From the NCBI GenBank assembly GCA_964291675.2, contig OZ219865.1:64001-128000 (forward strand): 64,000 nt of DNA, given 5' to 3'. This DNA is from Alphaproteobacteria bacterium (lineage in GTDB: Bacteria; Pseudomonadota; Alphaproteobacteria; MPNO01). The notes under the pieces were generated by a model. That model was not told the DNA's origin and did no database searches. It worked only from the letters and a program-made list of their open reading frames with translations. The translations under genes and the position numbers were made by a program. This document shows, in pieces, positions 29,503 through 38,550 of this stretch (positions within the stretch are counted from its first letter, which is position 1; every line of letters starts with the position of its first letter).

Positions 29503-30660
29503 CTATCGGACGATCAGCGTTTCAGGCGTCTCTTGCGTCAGGATCTCGCAGCCGGTGTCGGTCAAGACCGCCGTATTGGAAATGAAATAGTCGGCGCAGT
29601 CGGTGTCGGTGAACCAGGAGTGGAGATGGAACACCATGCCCGTCTTCAGCTCCATGCGCGAGTTCGGCGCAAGCCCCGTGACCATGCTCCCGCCTGTCCA
29701 GCTGGGCGGGAAGCCGATGCCGACCAGATATCCGCAATGGTGGCGCTCGTACCCAGCCAGGCCGCCCGCCCGCGCGACGCCGCGCCATGCGGCATAGGCG
29801 TCGCCGGCCGCAGCGCCCGGACGAATCGCCTCCCGAATCGCCTTCATCCCGCTAATCGCCAGCTCGACCGACCGGTCGATCCCTGCTGGCGGATTGCCGA
29901 GATAGACCAGGCGGCCCATGGGTGCGTGATAGCGTCGGACCGCCCCAGCAAGCTCCAGGAATACGGCGTCGCCGGCGCGGAACGTGTCGCCACGCCAGGT
30001 TGTGTGCTCTTCGCCGAGCCGGCTCGTCGGCCGGATGAAGGGGCCGAAGCCGGGATAATCGCTGCCGGCCAGGATCAGCGCCCGGTGGCAGGCGGCCGCC
30101 ACCTCGCTGTCGGTAGCGCCGTCGCGCACCGCTTCGATCGCAGCCAGCGTCCCCGCTTCCGCCGCCGCGGCGGCCTTGCGGGTGTGCTCGATCTCGAGCG
30201 GCGATTTGATCTGGCGCAGCGCATCCAGCAGCCCGGACGCATCGATCCAGTCAGCATCCGGCAGCTTCGCCTGCAGCGCTTCGGCAACGCGCGGCGTAAG
30301 AAACAGGCTGCGCTTTTCCAGACCCACGCGTGCGTCGGTCGCGCCGAGCTCCCGTAGCGCCCGGACGCCTGCGTCTGCGGGATCCTCATCGTCCGCGTAG
30401 CCGATATGGCGGGCGTTGCGCACCTGATTCTCGACGGTGATCCGCTCCATGGCGCGATTGATCAGGATCGACTCTCCGTCCTGCGTCAGCAGCAACAGGT
30501 GGCAAGCGAAGTAGCCCCAGTGGTCCAGGCCGGTCAGGTAGTAGATATTTTCCGGTACCCCGATAACGAGGCAGTCGAGGCCCGCCTTTCTCATGGCAGC
30601 GGTCGCGTTGTCGCGACGCCGGTCGAACTCGTTCGGCGGGAAAGCCGGTCGATGGTTCAT
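29503..30660 (-). CDS. Second M24 (creatinase/EutD-like) hydrolase
   Basis: PENIYYLTG, RQIKSPLEI, EHTTW, GYLVGIGFPPSW. Confidence 0.85.
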   Translation of the reverse strand: MNHRPAFPPNEFDRRRDNATAAMRKAGLDCLVIGVPENIYYLTGLDHWGYFACHLLLLTQDGESILINRAMERITVENQVRNARHIGYADDEDPADAGVRALRELGATDARVGLEKRSLFLTPRVAEALQAKLPDADWIDASGLLDALRQIKSPLEIEHTRKAAAAAEAGTLAAIEAVRDGATDSEVAAACHRALILAGSDYPGFGPFIRPTSRLGEEHTTWRGDTFRAGDAVFLELAGAVRRYHAPMGRLVYLGNPPAGIDRSVELAISGMKAIREAIRPGAAAGDAYAAWRGVARAGGLAGYERHHCGYLVGIGFPPSWTGGSMVTGLAPNSRMELKTGMVFHLHSWFTDTDCADYFISNTAVLTDTGCEILTQETPETLIVR

Positions 30661-30765
30661 CGCTCCTCCTCAGGGGAACGCGAGTATGCTGCGCTCGCCT
30701 CCAAGTCGTGCGACCGCCTTTCATACACGGGTCGAGACTTCAGCGCTTTGCACGGCTCCTGCACC

Positions 30766-31010
30766 CGACGAGCCGCGCTCCGGCCGTCCGCGGCGCATCG
30801 GTGACGATGCCGTGGCGGAGGCGGTGCGCAAGACGCTGGAGGACAAGACCCGCGACATCGTCGGGCTGTAGGTAGACCCGCCGCGGCACGCCATGGTGCT
30901 TTACGTGGACGGGAAGTCGCAAGTTCAGGCCCTGGACCGCAGCCAGCCGCTGTTGCCACCGCGTCCCGGCCAGGCCGGGCGGCGCTCTCCGCCCGACTGG
31001 CTGCGCGGAC
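30766..31010 (+). pseudogene. Second IS630 transposase remnant, direct repeat of 20294-20485
   Basis: 30766-30957 aligns ungapped to 20294-20485 (about 10 mismatches in 192 nt by eye); in-frame TAG; continues LLPPRPGQAGRR. Confidence 0.88.
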
Positions 31011-31112
31011 GCGCTTGCCCGATGTCGCCGCATCGCGCCGCGCGCCTCTCCCGCCCTGTCGGCCGGACGGCGCCGCGCCGGCCATGACGGTGGTGAGAAA
31101 TCCGGGCTGTGG

Positions 31113-31874
31113 CTAGCCGCCCTGCTCGGACATCGGGACGCCGGGCGGCAGCTCGAACAAATCGTCGGGCAGCGACTCGATATAGTCCACCGCCTCGTCG
31201 GTCGAGACGATGTCGGCGTATTTCGCGTTCATGTCGCAGAGATTGATCGCGTGGCTCGCCTCGGAGCGGTCGAAACACCCCTCCTCGACCAGGGTGGTGC
31301 GGAAATTCTCGCTGAACGCATCGAGCACCGAGGCGCGGACGCAGCCGCTCGTGGTCGTCCCCACCATGAGGATCGAATCGGCCTTGAGATTGGTCAGGAA
31401 GGACGATAGCGGGGTGCCGTGGAAGGCGCTCGGCTTGAGCTTCTCGATGACGATGTCCTGCGGCGCGGGTGCGATCTCCGGGTTGATCTGGTTGCCGTCG
31501 AGATTGGCGCGCGGATCGTCGGCCGCGCGCCATTCGCCGGTGCGGCTGTTCTTCCACGCCCAGGACCCGCGGTCCCAGCCGTCGCTCCGCATCGAGGCGG
31601 TGGTGTAGATGACCGGGATGCCCTTGGCCCGCCCGGCTTCCAGCAGGCGCTTGATGTAGCGCATCGACTCCCAGGCCTCCTCGCCGCAGGAGTTCGGCCA
31701 GGTCTTGACCGAATCGAGGATCGGCTCCGGCCGGTCGCCGGTAAAATTGTAGTTGACGTCGATCACCACGATCACCGGCCGTTCGCCGAACCCGGCCCGC
31801 TCGCCGTAGCCTGCCGCGCCGAACACCTGCTTGTCGCGTTCGGTGAGAAACCGGTTCCAGACGGGTTCCTTCAT
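31113..31874 (-). CDS. Isochorismatase/cysteine hydrolase (maleamate amidohydrolase-like)
   Basis: GFGERP.IVVIDV, EKLKPSAFHGT, GTTTSGCVRASVLDA, KYADIV. Confidence 0.9.
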   Translation of the reverse strand: MKEPVWNRFLTERDKQVFGAAGYGERAGFGERPVIVVIDVNYNFTGDRPEPILDSVKTWPNSCGEEAWESMRYIKRLLEAGRAKGIPVIYTTASMRSDGWDRGSWAWKNSRTGEWRAADDPRANLDGNQINPEIAPAPQDIVIEKLKPSAFHGTPLSSFLTNLKADSILMVGTTTSGCVRASVLDAFSENFRTTLVEEGCFDRSEASHAINLCDMNAKYADIVSTDEAVDYIESLPDDLFELPPGVPMSEQGG

Positions 31875-31981
31875 CGTCTTGCCTCCCCACGCCGGGTTGC
31901 GCCATCATGCGGCCAGAAGCCTAGGCGCGCGAAATCGCCCGCGCAAGCAGGCGGCGCGGACACCGACCGGAGGACACCGCA

Positions 31982-32422
31982 ATGAAGGTCGCCCGTCTCA
32001 ACCACATCAACATCCGCACCATGCAGATGGAGGAGACCAAGGACTTCTACGTCGAGAAGCTCGGCCTCGAAGTCGGCTTCCGCCCGCCCTTCGACGAGCA
32101 CGGCTACTGGCTCTATGCCGGCGACGTCGCGATCGTGCATCTGTCCTACAGCCGCGACGGCGAGCCGCGGCGCACCCACGCCGAGTCGATGGGCGACGGG
32201 CTCGACCATATCGGCCTCGACGCCGAGGGCTTCGACGCCATGCTCGACCATCTCAGGCGCACCGGGACGAGCTACAACAAGCGCCTCGTCGGCGGCGGCA
32301 CGATCGCCCAGATCTTCTTCCACGATCCGAACGGGGTGCTGGTCGAGCTCGCCTACGACGTCGCCGGCGAGGGCATCGATCCCGAGACCTTCGAGGAGGA
32401 GATGGAGGCGGTCCTGCAGTAG
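31982..32422 (+). CDS. VOC/glyoxalase family protein
   Basis: LNHINIRT, FYVEKLGL, GYWLY, LDHIG, QIFFHDPNGVLVEL. Confidence 0.9.
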   Translation: MKVARLNHINIRTMQMEETKDFYVEKLGLEVGFRPPFDEHGYWLYAGDVAIVHLSYSRDGEPRRTHAESMGDGLDHIGLDAEGFDAMLDHLRRTGTSYNKRLVGGGTIAQIFFHDPNGVLVELAYDVAGEGIDPETFEEEMEAVLQ

Positions 32423-32428
32423 CGGCCG

Positions 32429-32848
32429 CTATTTCGGCGGCGGGGGCATCCGCTCGAATTTCGCGGTCGTCTCGGAGTGCCGGGTGAAGGGCAGCGCCCG
32501 GGAAACGAAAACCTCGACCTGCGGCTCGACGAAGCTCGCGTCGTCGATCGAGCCCACCTTGATCGCCTGGACCCCGGCCCTGCCCGACGACGAGCCGAAG
32601 AGCTGCGAGCCGCATTCGGGGCAGAACTCCTTGGTCATCGTGTTGCCGCTGTCGGCGGTATGCCGGTAGGTCCCGGTCGTTCCCTGGAGGATCGTCAGAT
32701 CCTCCTCCCTGACGAACACGTTGGTCGCGAAGCTCGACCCGGTGACCCGGCGGCAGTCGTCGCAATGGCATTGCGCGATCCTGACCGGCTCTCCGCTCAC
32801 CGAATAGCGCACCGCGCCGCACAGGCATCCGCCGGCAAATTCCGTCAT
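32429..32848 (-). CDS. GFA (CENP-V) family protein
   Basis: GGCLCGAVRY, CHCDDCRR, FCPECGS; start MTEFAG. Confidence 0.9.
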   Translation of the reverse strand: MTEFAGGCLCGAVRYSVSGEPVRIAQCHCDDCRRVTGSSFATNVFVREEDLTILQGTTGTYRHTADSGNTMTKEFCPECGSQLFGSSSGRAGVQAIKVGSIDDASFVEPQVEVFVSRALPFTRHSETTAKFERMPPPPK

Positions 32849-32920
32849 TTCCGCTGCACCCCCGTTGGACTTTCGCCGCCAGGGTAGCATCCCGCCGCCG
32901 GCGCCGCGAACCGCGCCGGG

Positions 32921-35900
32921 CTAGTGGAAATCGCGCGACGGGTAGCGCCGCCGGTCCTCGCCGGACGGCCGGGCGATCTCGTCGGCGCGGGCGAGCGGCG
33001 GTTTCAGCGGGTCGTCGCCGGCGGCGAGCGCGCGCAGGCGCCCGGTCAGATCCTCCAGGCGCCGGGCGACGACGTGGATCACGATGCCCTCCCGCTGCAG
33101 CTCGCCGCTCGCCCTGAGCAGGCGGGCCGCCATGACCTCGCGGCGGTAGCGCTCGAAAACCTTCGGCCAGACCACGAGATTGGCGATGCCGGTCTCGTCC
33201 TCCAGGGTGACGAAGATCACGCCCGAGGCGGTGCCCGGGCGCTGGCGGACCAAAGCGAGGCCGGCGACCGTCACCCGCGCGCCGTCGTCGATCTCGACCA
33301 GGCGGCCGGCCGGGGTGACCCGTTCCGCCGCCAGCCTGGCGCGCATCAGCGCCAGCGGGTGGTCCTTGAGCGACATCCGGATCGTCGCGTAGTCCTGCGA
33401 GACCTCCTCGCCCCGGCTCATCGCGGGCAGCGCGACCGCTTGCTCCGCGCGGCCCTCCCCGGCCGCGGCGAATAGCGGGAGCGGCGCCGGGCCGAGCGCG
33501 CGCACCGCCCACAGCGCCTGGCGCCTCGTGCGGCCGGTCGAGCCGAAGGCATCGGCCCCGGCGAGGGTCTCCAGCACCGGGACCGCGACCCCGCTGCGGT
33601 CGCGCAGCTCCGCCGGATCGGCGAACGGGCGGCGGCCCGGCCGTTCGCGGGCCTCGACGATCGCCCGGGCGCTCGCCTCCGCCATCCCCTTGATCTGGCG
33701 GAAGCCGAGGCGCAGCGCATACGGGCGGGTGCCGCCTTCGGCCGCTTCGAGGGTGCAGTCCCAGTCCGAGCGGTTGACGTCGGCCGGGAGCACGCAGACC
33801 CCGTGCTCCCGCGCGTCGCGCACCAGCTGGGCGGGGGCGTAGAAGCCCATCGGCTGGCTGTTGAGGATGGCGGCGGCGAACGCCTCGGGGTAGCGGCATT
33901 TGAGCCAGGCCGAGACATAGACCAGGAGGGCGAAGCTTGCGGCGTGCGATTCCGGGAAGCCGTAATCGCCGAAACCCTCGATCTGGCGGAAGCAGCGCTC
34001 GGCGAAGTCGCGCCCGTAGCCGTTTCGCACCATGCCCTCGATCAGCTTGTCGCGGAACTTGCCGATGGTCCCGACATGGCGGAAGGTCGCCATGGCGCGG
34101 CGCAGGCTGTCGGCCTCGGACGGGGTGAAGCCGGCGGCGACGATGGCGATCTTCATCGCCTGCTCCTGGAACAGCGGCACGCCGAGCGTCTTGCCCAGCA
34201 CGTCGCGCAGCGCCTCGGAGGGGAAATCGACCGTCTCCTCGCCGTTGCGGCGGCGCAGATAGGGGTGGACCATGTCGCCCTGGATCGGGCCCGGGCGGAC
34301 GATCGCCACCTCGATCACCAGGTCGTAGAACGAGCGCGGGCGGAGCCTCGGCAGCATCGACATCTGGGCCCGGCTCTCGACCTGGAAGACGCCGATCGAA
34401 TCGGCCTCGCACAGCATGTCGTAGACCGCCGGGTCCTCGGCCGGGATGTCGGCGAGCCGGCAGTCGACGCCGTAACGGGCGCGCAGCAGCTCGAGCCCCT
34501 TGCGGATGCAGGTCAGCATGCCGAGCCCGAGCACGTCGATCTTGAGCATGCCGAGCGCGTCGAGGTCGTCCTTGTCCCATTCGATGACGGTGCGCTCCTC
34601 CATCGCCGCGTTGGTGACGGGCACGATCTCGGAAAGCGGTCCTCGGGTGATCACGAAGCCGCCGACATGCTGGGACAGGTGGCGCGGGAAACCGGCGAGC
34701 TCGCCGGCGAGCTGGAGGGTGAGGGCGAGCCGCTCGTCTTGCGGGTCGAGCCCGGCCTCGCGGATATGGACCTCCTTCGCCGGCTCCGACCGCCAGCCCC
34801 AGACCGTGCCCGAAAGCGCGGCCACGGTGTCGAGCGAAAGCCCGAGCGCCTTGCCCACCTCGCGCAGCGCGCTGCGGGCGCGGTAATGGATCACGGTGGC
34901 GGCGAGCCCGGCCCGCTCGCGGCCGTATTTGCGGTAGATGTACTGGATCACCTCCTCGCGGCGCTCGTGCTCGAAATCGATGTCGATGTCGGGCGGCTCG
35001 TTGCGCTCGGCGCTGACGAAGCGCTCGAACAGGAGATCCATCCGGCTCGGGTCGACGGCGGTGATGCCGAGGCAGTAGCAGACCGCCGAGTTGGCCGCCG
35101 AGCCGCGGCCCTGGCAGAGGATGCCGCGCTCGCGGGCGAAGCGGACGATGTCGTGCACGGTGAGGAAATAGGCGGCGTAGTCGAGCGCGGCGATCAGCGC
35201 GAGCTCGTGGGCGAGCTGGCGGGCGACCGCGTCGGGGATGCCGCCGGGGTAGCGCCGCTTCGCGCCCTCCCGGGTCAGGCGCCCGAGCGCGCCGTCCGGG
35301 GTGTCGCCGGGGGTGGCTTCGTCGTCCGGGTATTCGTAGCGCAGCTCGTCGAGCGAGAAGGCGCAGGCATCGGCGATGGCGATGCTGCGGGCGACCGCGT
35401 CGGGATGGTCGCGGAACAGCCGCGCCATCTCGCAGGCCGGCTTGAGGTGGCGCTCGGCGTTGGCGGCGAGGCGGTAGCCGGCCTCGTCGACGGTGCAGCG
35501 CTCGCGGATGCAGGTCAGCACGTCGGCCAGCCGCCGCCGCGCCGGCGTATGGGCGTGGACGTCGTTGGTCGCGACCAGCGGGGTCCCGGCGCGGGCGGCG
35601 ATCCCGGCGAGCCGGTCGATCCGCGCCCGGTCGTCGCCGCGATAGAGATGGCTCGCAGCGAGATAGACCGAGCTCCCGATGCGGCGGCGAAGCGCCGACA
35701 GATGCTTCTCGAAGCCATGCCCGTCGCCATCCGCGGGCGGCAGCGCGATCAGGATCTGGCCCGTCGCGTGGTCGAGCAGGTCGGCGAGCCCGATCTCGCA
35801 TTCCCCCTTGGGGGCGCGGCGCCGGCCGACGGTCAGCAGCCGCGCGAGCCGTCCGTAGGCGGCGCGGTCGCGCGGCAGGCAGAGCATGGCGGGCGCATCG

Positions 35901-36115
35901 GCGAGGTCGAGCCGGGCGCCGACGACCAGCTTGATCCCGGTCTCCCGCGCGGCCGCATGGGCGCGGACCGCGCCGGCCAGCGTGTTGCGGTCGGTCACCG
36001 CGACCGCATGCAGGCCGAGCGCGGAAGCCGTCCGCACCAGCTCCCCGGGATGCGAGGCGCCGCGCAGGAAGGTGAAGTTGGTCGTCACCTGGAGCTCGGC
36101 ATAGGAAGGGGTCAT
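32921..36115 (-). CDS. dnaE2: Error-prone DNA polymerase DnaE2
   Basis: YAELQVTTNFTFLRGASHP, QGRGSAANS, PPDIDIDFEH, YGFPESHAASFA, C-terminal SRDFH. Confidence 0.97.
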   Translation of the reverse strand: MTPSYAELQVTTNFTFLRGASHPGELVRTASALGLHAVAVTDRNTLAGAVRAHAAARETGIKLVVGARLDLADAPAMLCLPRDRAAYGRLARLLTVGRRRAPKGECEIGLADLLDHATGQILIALPPADGDGHGFEKHLSALRRRIGSSVYLAASHLYRGDDRARIDRLAGIAARAGTPLVATNDVHAHTPARRRLADVLTCIRERCTVDEAGYRLAANAERHLKPACEMARLFRDHPDAVARSIAIADACAFSLDELRYEYPDDEATPGDTPDGALGRLTREGAKRRYPGGIPDAVARQLAHELALIAALDYAAYFLTVHDIVRFARERGILCQGRGSAANSAVCYCLGITAVDPSRMDLLFERFVSAERNEPPDIDIDFEHERREEVIQYIYRKYGRERAGLAATVIHYRARSALREVGKALGLSLDTVAALSGTVWGWRSEPAKEVHIREAGLDPQDERLALTLQLAGELAGFPRHLSQHVGGFVITRGPLSEIVPVTNAAMEERTVIEWDKDDLDALGMLKIDVLGLGMLTCIRKGLELLRARYGVDCRLADIPAEDPAVYDMLCEADSIGVFQVESRAQMSMLPRLRPRSFYDLVIEVAIVRPGPIQGDMVHPYLRRRNGEETVDFPSEALRDVLGKTLGVPLFQEQAMKIAIVAAGFTPSEADSLRRAMATFRHVGTIGKFRDKLIEGMVRNGYGRDFAERCFRQIEGFGDYGFPESHAASFALLVYVSAWLKCRYPEAFAAAILNSQPMGFYAPAQLVRDAREHGVCVLPADVNRSDWDCTLEAAEGGTRPYALRLGFRQIKGMAEASARAIVEARERPGRRPFADPAELRDRSGVAVPVLETLAGADAFGSTGRTRRQALWAVRALGPAPLPLFAAAGEGRAEQAVALPAMSRGEEVSQDYATIRMSLKDHPLALMRARLAAERVTPAGRLVEIDDGARVTVAGLALVRQRPGTASGVIFVTLEDETGIANLVVWPKVFERYRREVMAARLLRASGELQREGIVIHVVARRLEDLTGRLRALAAGDDPLKPPLARADEIARPSGEDRRRYPSRDFH

Positions 36116-37656
36116 GCGAACAGCCCGTGGATGAACCAGGCGGGCGGCGCGCCGGGGCGGTAGATGCCCTCGCGGAACAGCCAGTAGCGGCGCCCGTCCT
36201 CGTCCTCGACCCGGTAGTAGTCGCGCAGCGCGCACGCGTCCTCGGAGCCCGGTCTCAGCCACCATTCCGGCGCGATGCGCTCCGGCCCCTCGGCGCGCAC
36301 CACGCGGCGGCGCACCCTGCGCCAGCGGAACATCACCGGCGGGTCGTCGGGCACCGGGGCCACCGCCTCGATCGGCTCGGGCGGGGCCAGCAGGCGGATC
36401 GGGCGCGGCGCGGCGGGCCAGGCCGCCGGCGTTTCGGCCGGCCCGTCGAGCGCTGGCGTCGCGACCGCCGCGCGTTCGGGCAGGTGGCTCTCGCGCGGCG
36501 CGAAGCGGAGCACGCGCCCGCCGCCGAGCCGGTTGGCCAGGCGGTCGATCAGCGCGCCCGTGTCGCCGCCCGCATCGACCTCGTGGAAGGCGGTCTGGCT
36601 GGCGGCGAGCGGTTCGGTGACGGCGGCCGCGAGCGTCATCGCGTCGATCCCGCAGGCGGTCTCGAAGGAGTCCAGCGGCGCGGCGAACAGTCGGGCGAGA
36701 TGGCCGGCGTCGCGCGACGCCCGGCCGGTGCCGACGGCGAGGCGGCGGACGTCGCCGATGGGCTCGAACAGCGAGAGCTCGAGCCGGCGGGCGCCGCGCC
36801 CGGCGCGTTCGAGGCCGCCGACGAGGTCCCCGAGCAGGCGGTCGAGCGCCGCGGCGATGTCTTCGGCCCGGCCGACCGGCTCGGCGAAGTCGATGCGGGC
36901 GAAACAGGGCGTTTGCGGCGCCTGCGGCGCGATCGGCTCGTCGACCGCCCCGAGCGCGGCATCGAGCCGGGCGGCGATCCCGTCCCCGAAGCGCTCGGCG
37001 AGGGCGCCGCGCGGCAGGTCGAGCAGCGCGGCCACGCTGCGCAGCCCGAGCGCATCCAGCGCGGCGACGGTTTCGGGGGCGAGCCTGAGCGCCGCCGCCG
37101 GCAGCGGCGCCAGCGCCCGGCGCGCGCCGCCCGGGGGGACGATCGCGACCGGCGCCGCCTCGCCGGTCGCGAAGCGGCAGACCGCCCAGGCCGCGCCCGG
37201 CGTGTCGGCGGTCGCGGCGCGGGCCTCGTAGCCCGCCGCCGCGAGGCGCGCGACCAGGTCTTCGGCGAGCGCCGCCTCGCCGCCGAAGAGATGGGCGCCG
37301 CCGGCGATGTCAAGCCAGATCCCGCCGCCGCCGCCGTCCCCGGCGGCTGGGGGGAGGGGCGCGGTCCACGGGCTGTAGCGCCCGCACCAGCCGGCCAGGC
37401 GGGCGAGCGCGCGGCGCTCGGCCGCGGGGTCGGCGGGCAGCGAGCGGAGCGCGGGCAGGATGGCGCGCGCATCGCCGAGCGGCTGGCCGGGATGGAGCCC
37501 GGCGGCGGCGGCATTGCGGTCGAGCCCGGCCAGCAGCAGCTGGCCGTCGCGCGACTCGACGGTGGCGAGCGGTGCCCGCCGGCTATCCCGCCCGGCGCTC
37601 CGGCGCAGCCTGTCGGTCGCGAAACGCGGCAGCCATAGCGAGACCACGCGTCTCAT
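36112..37656 (-). CDS. imuB: ImuB inactive Y-family polymerase
   Basis: RRVVSLWLPRFATDRL, RYSPW, EGPERIAPEWW, RDYYRVED, WFIHGLFA. Confidence 0.95.
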   Translation of the reverse strand: MRRVVSLWLPRFATDRLRRSAGRDSRRAPLATVESRDGQLLLAGLDRNAAAAGLHPGQPLGDARAILPALRSLPADPAAERRALARLAGWCGRYSPWTAPLPPAAGDGGGGGIWLDIAGGAHLFGGEAALAEDLVARLAAAGYEARAATADTPGAAWAVCRFATGEAAPVAIVPPGGARRALAPLPAAALRLAPETVAALDALGLRSVAALLDLPRGALAERFGDGIAARLDAALGAVDEPIAPQAPQTPCFARIDFAEPVGRAEDIAAALDRLLGDLVGGLERAGRGARRLELSLFEPIGDVRRLAVGTGRASRDAGHLARLFAAPLDSFETACGIDAMTLAAAVTEPLAASQTAFHEVDAGGDTGALIDRLANRLGGGRVLRFAPRESHLPERAAVATPALDGPAETPAAWPAAPRPIRLLAPPEPIEAVAPVPDDPPVMFRWRRVRRRVVRAEGPERIAPEWWLRPGSEDACALRDYYRVEDEDGRRYWLFREGIYRPGAPPAWFIHGLFA

Positions 37657-38368
37657 CGCGCCACTCCACTTGCCAGTCGCCGGGCGGTCCGCCGCGGCAG
37701 CGAAACATCTCGAGCCGCCAGCCGGGCCCCGCCGCCCGGGGCGCTGCGGCGACGCGCCAGCGGGTGGCCGCGGCGTTCGGGACGGCGGCGGCGCCGGCCG
37801 GGCGCAGCATCAGCGCGGTCACCCCGCTGGAGGCGGCGGCGTGCTGCAGCCGCCGGCTCTCGGTCAGCGAGACCGCGGCCAGCGCGCCGACGACCGCGGC
37901 CAGCGCGCCGCAGCGAAGCCCGTCCTCCATCGCCCACAGGGTTTCGGCGTCGCTGCCGGTGCGGGCGAGGACCAGCCGTCCGGGGTCGAGCCCGAAGCGC
38001 CGCAACCCCGGCGGATGCAGCGCGCCGGAATCGAGAATGCGCCCGCCTTCGCACCAGAGCACCGGGCCGTCCCCCGAGAGCGCGGCGAGATGGGCGGAAA
38101 ACGCGCTCGCCGTCCCGGCCATGGCGCTGTCCGCGGCGACGATCTCGTGCAGCGCGCCGGCCGGCAGCCCGCCCCAGGGAAGATGCCGGTCGATCTCGTC
38201 CAGGCCGAGCCTCAGCACGGCCGCCCCGCCGCCGGGCCAGCCCGGCCCGACCCCCTCGATCCGGCGGATCGCGGCGCGCAGCCGGTCGAGGACGGCGGGA
38301 TCGCGCAGCGCCGGCCTGGGCAGGGGCGCGCGCGGCGATGGATCGACAAGGCGGAATGCAGACCTCAC
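37583..38368 (-). CDS. imuA: ImuA RecA-like mutagenesis protein
   Basis: GLDEIDRHLPWGGL..GALHEI, LWAMEDGLRC, SRRLQ.AA, AATRWRV. Confidence 0.92.
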   Translation of the reverse strand: MRSAFRLVDPSPRAPLPRPALRDPAVLDRLRAAIRRIEGVGPGWPGGGAAVLRLGLDEIDRHLPWGGLPAGALHEIVAADSAMAGTASAFSAHLAALSGDGPVLWCEGGRILDSGALHPPGLRRFGLDPGRLVLARTGSDAETLWAMEDGLRCGALAAVVGALAAVSLTESRRLQHAAASSGVTALMLRPAGAAAVPNAAATRWRVAAAPRAAGPGWRLEMFRCRGGPPGDWQVEWRDETRGLAMAAAFRDRQAAPERRAG

Positions 38369-38398
38369 GGGGCGGCTCTTCGTGTTTGTCCTGCAAAT

Positions 38399-38413
38399 GT
38401 TCTATATTTGTTC
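38399..38413. promoter_or_regulatory. Alphaproteobacterial LexA (SOS) box
   Basis: Exact GTTC-TATATTT-GTTC (GTTC-N7-GTTC), 30 nt upstream of imuA. Confidence 0.92.
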
Positions 38414-38550
38414 TCATCCCGGGTCAAGCCTCAGGATCCCGCTTTCGACGCCCCAAGGGCTTCTCCGGGACCCGGATCGGCCCGCAGTTGCGTGCGACCG
38501 TCAGACGACGCGAACCGGCGATGCCCGCCAATCGCGACGCGGACTATCGT

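Larger units (their letters stand above)
18508..31106. mobile_element. Non-autonomous ~12.6 kb cargo element with IS1380-like ends
   Basis: Left IR CCCGGATTCTCGCCAC (18508-23); right IR reverse complement CCCGGATTTCTCACCAC (31090-31106); flanks CTGTAG (18502-07) and CTGTGG (31107-12); visibly lower GC inside. Confidence 0.7.

Noticed and set aside
32253-35801. 1182-aa minus-strand ORF overlapping dnaE2, and similar long ORFs (115-2394, 2736-5354, 40788-43892, 59242-61920)
   Set aside because: Arg/Pro/Gly-rich or antisense shadow frames of well-supported genes, expected from stop-codon scarcity at this GC content
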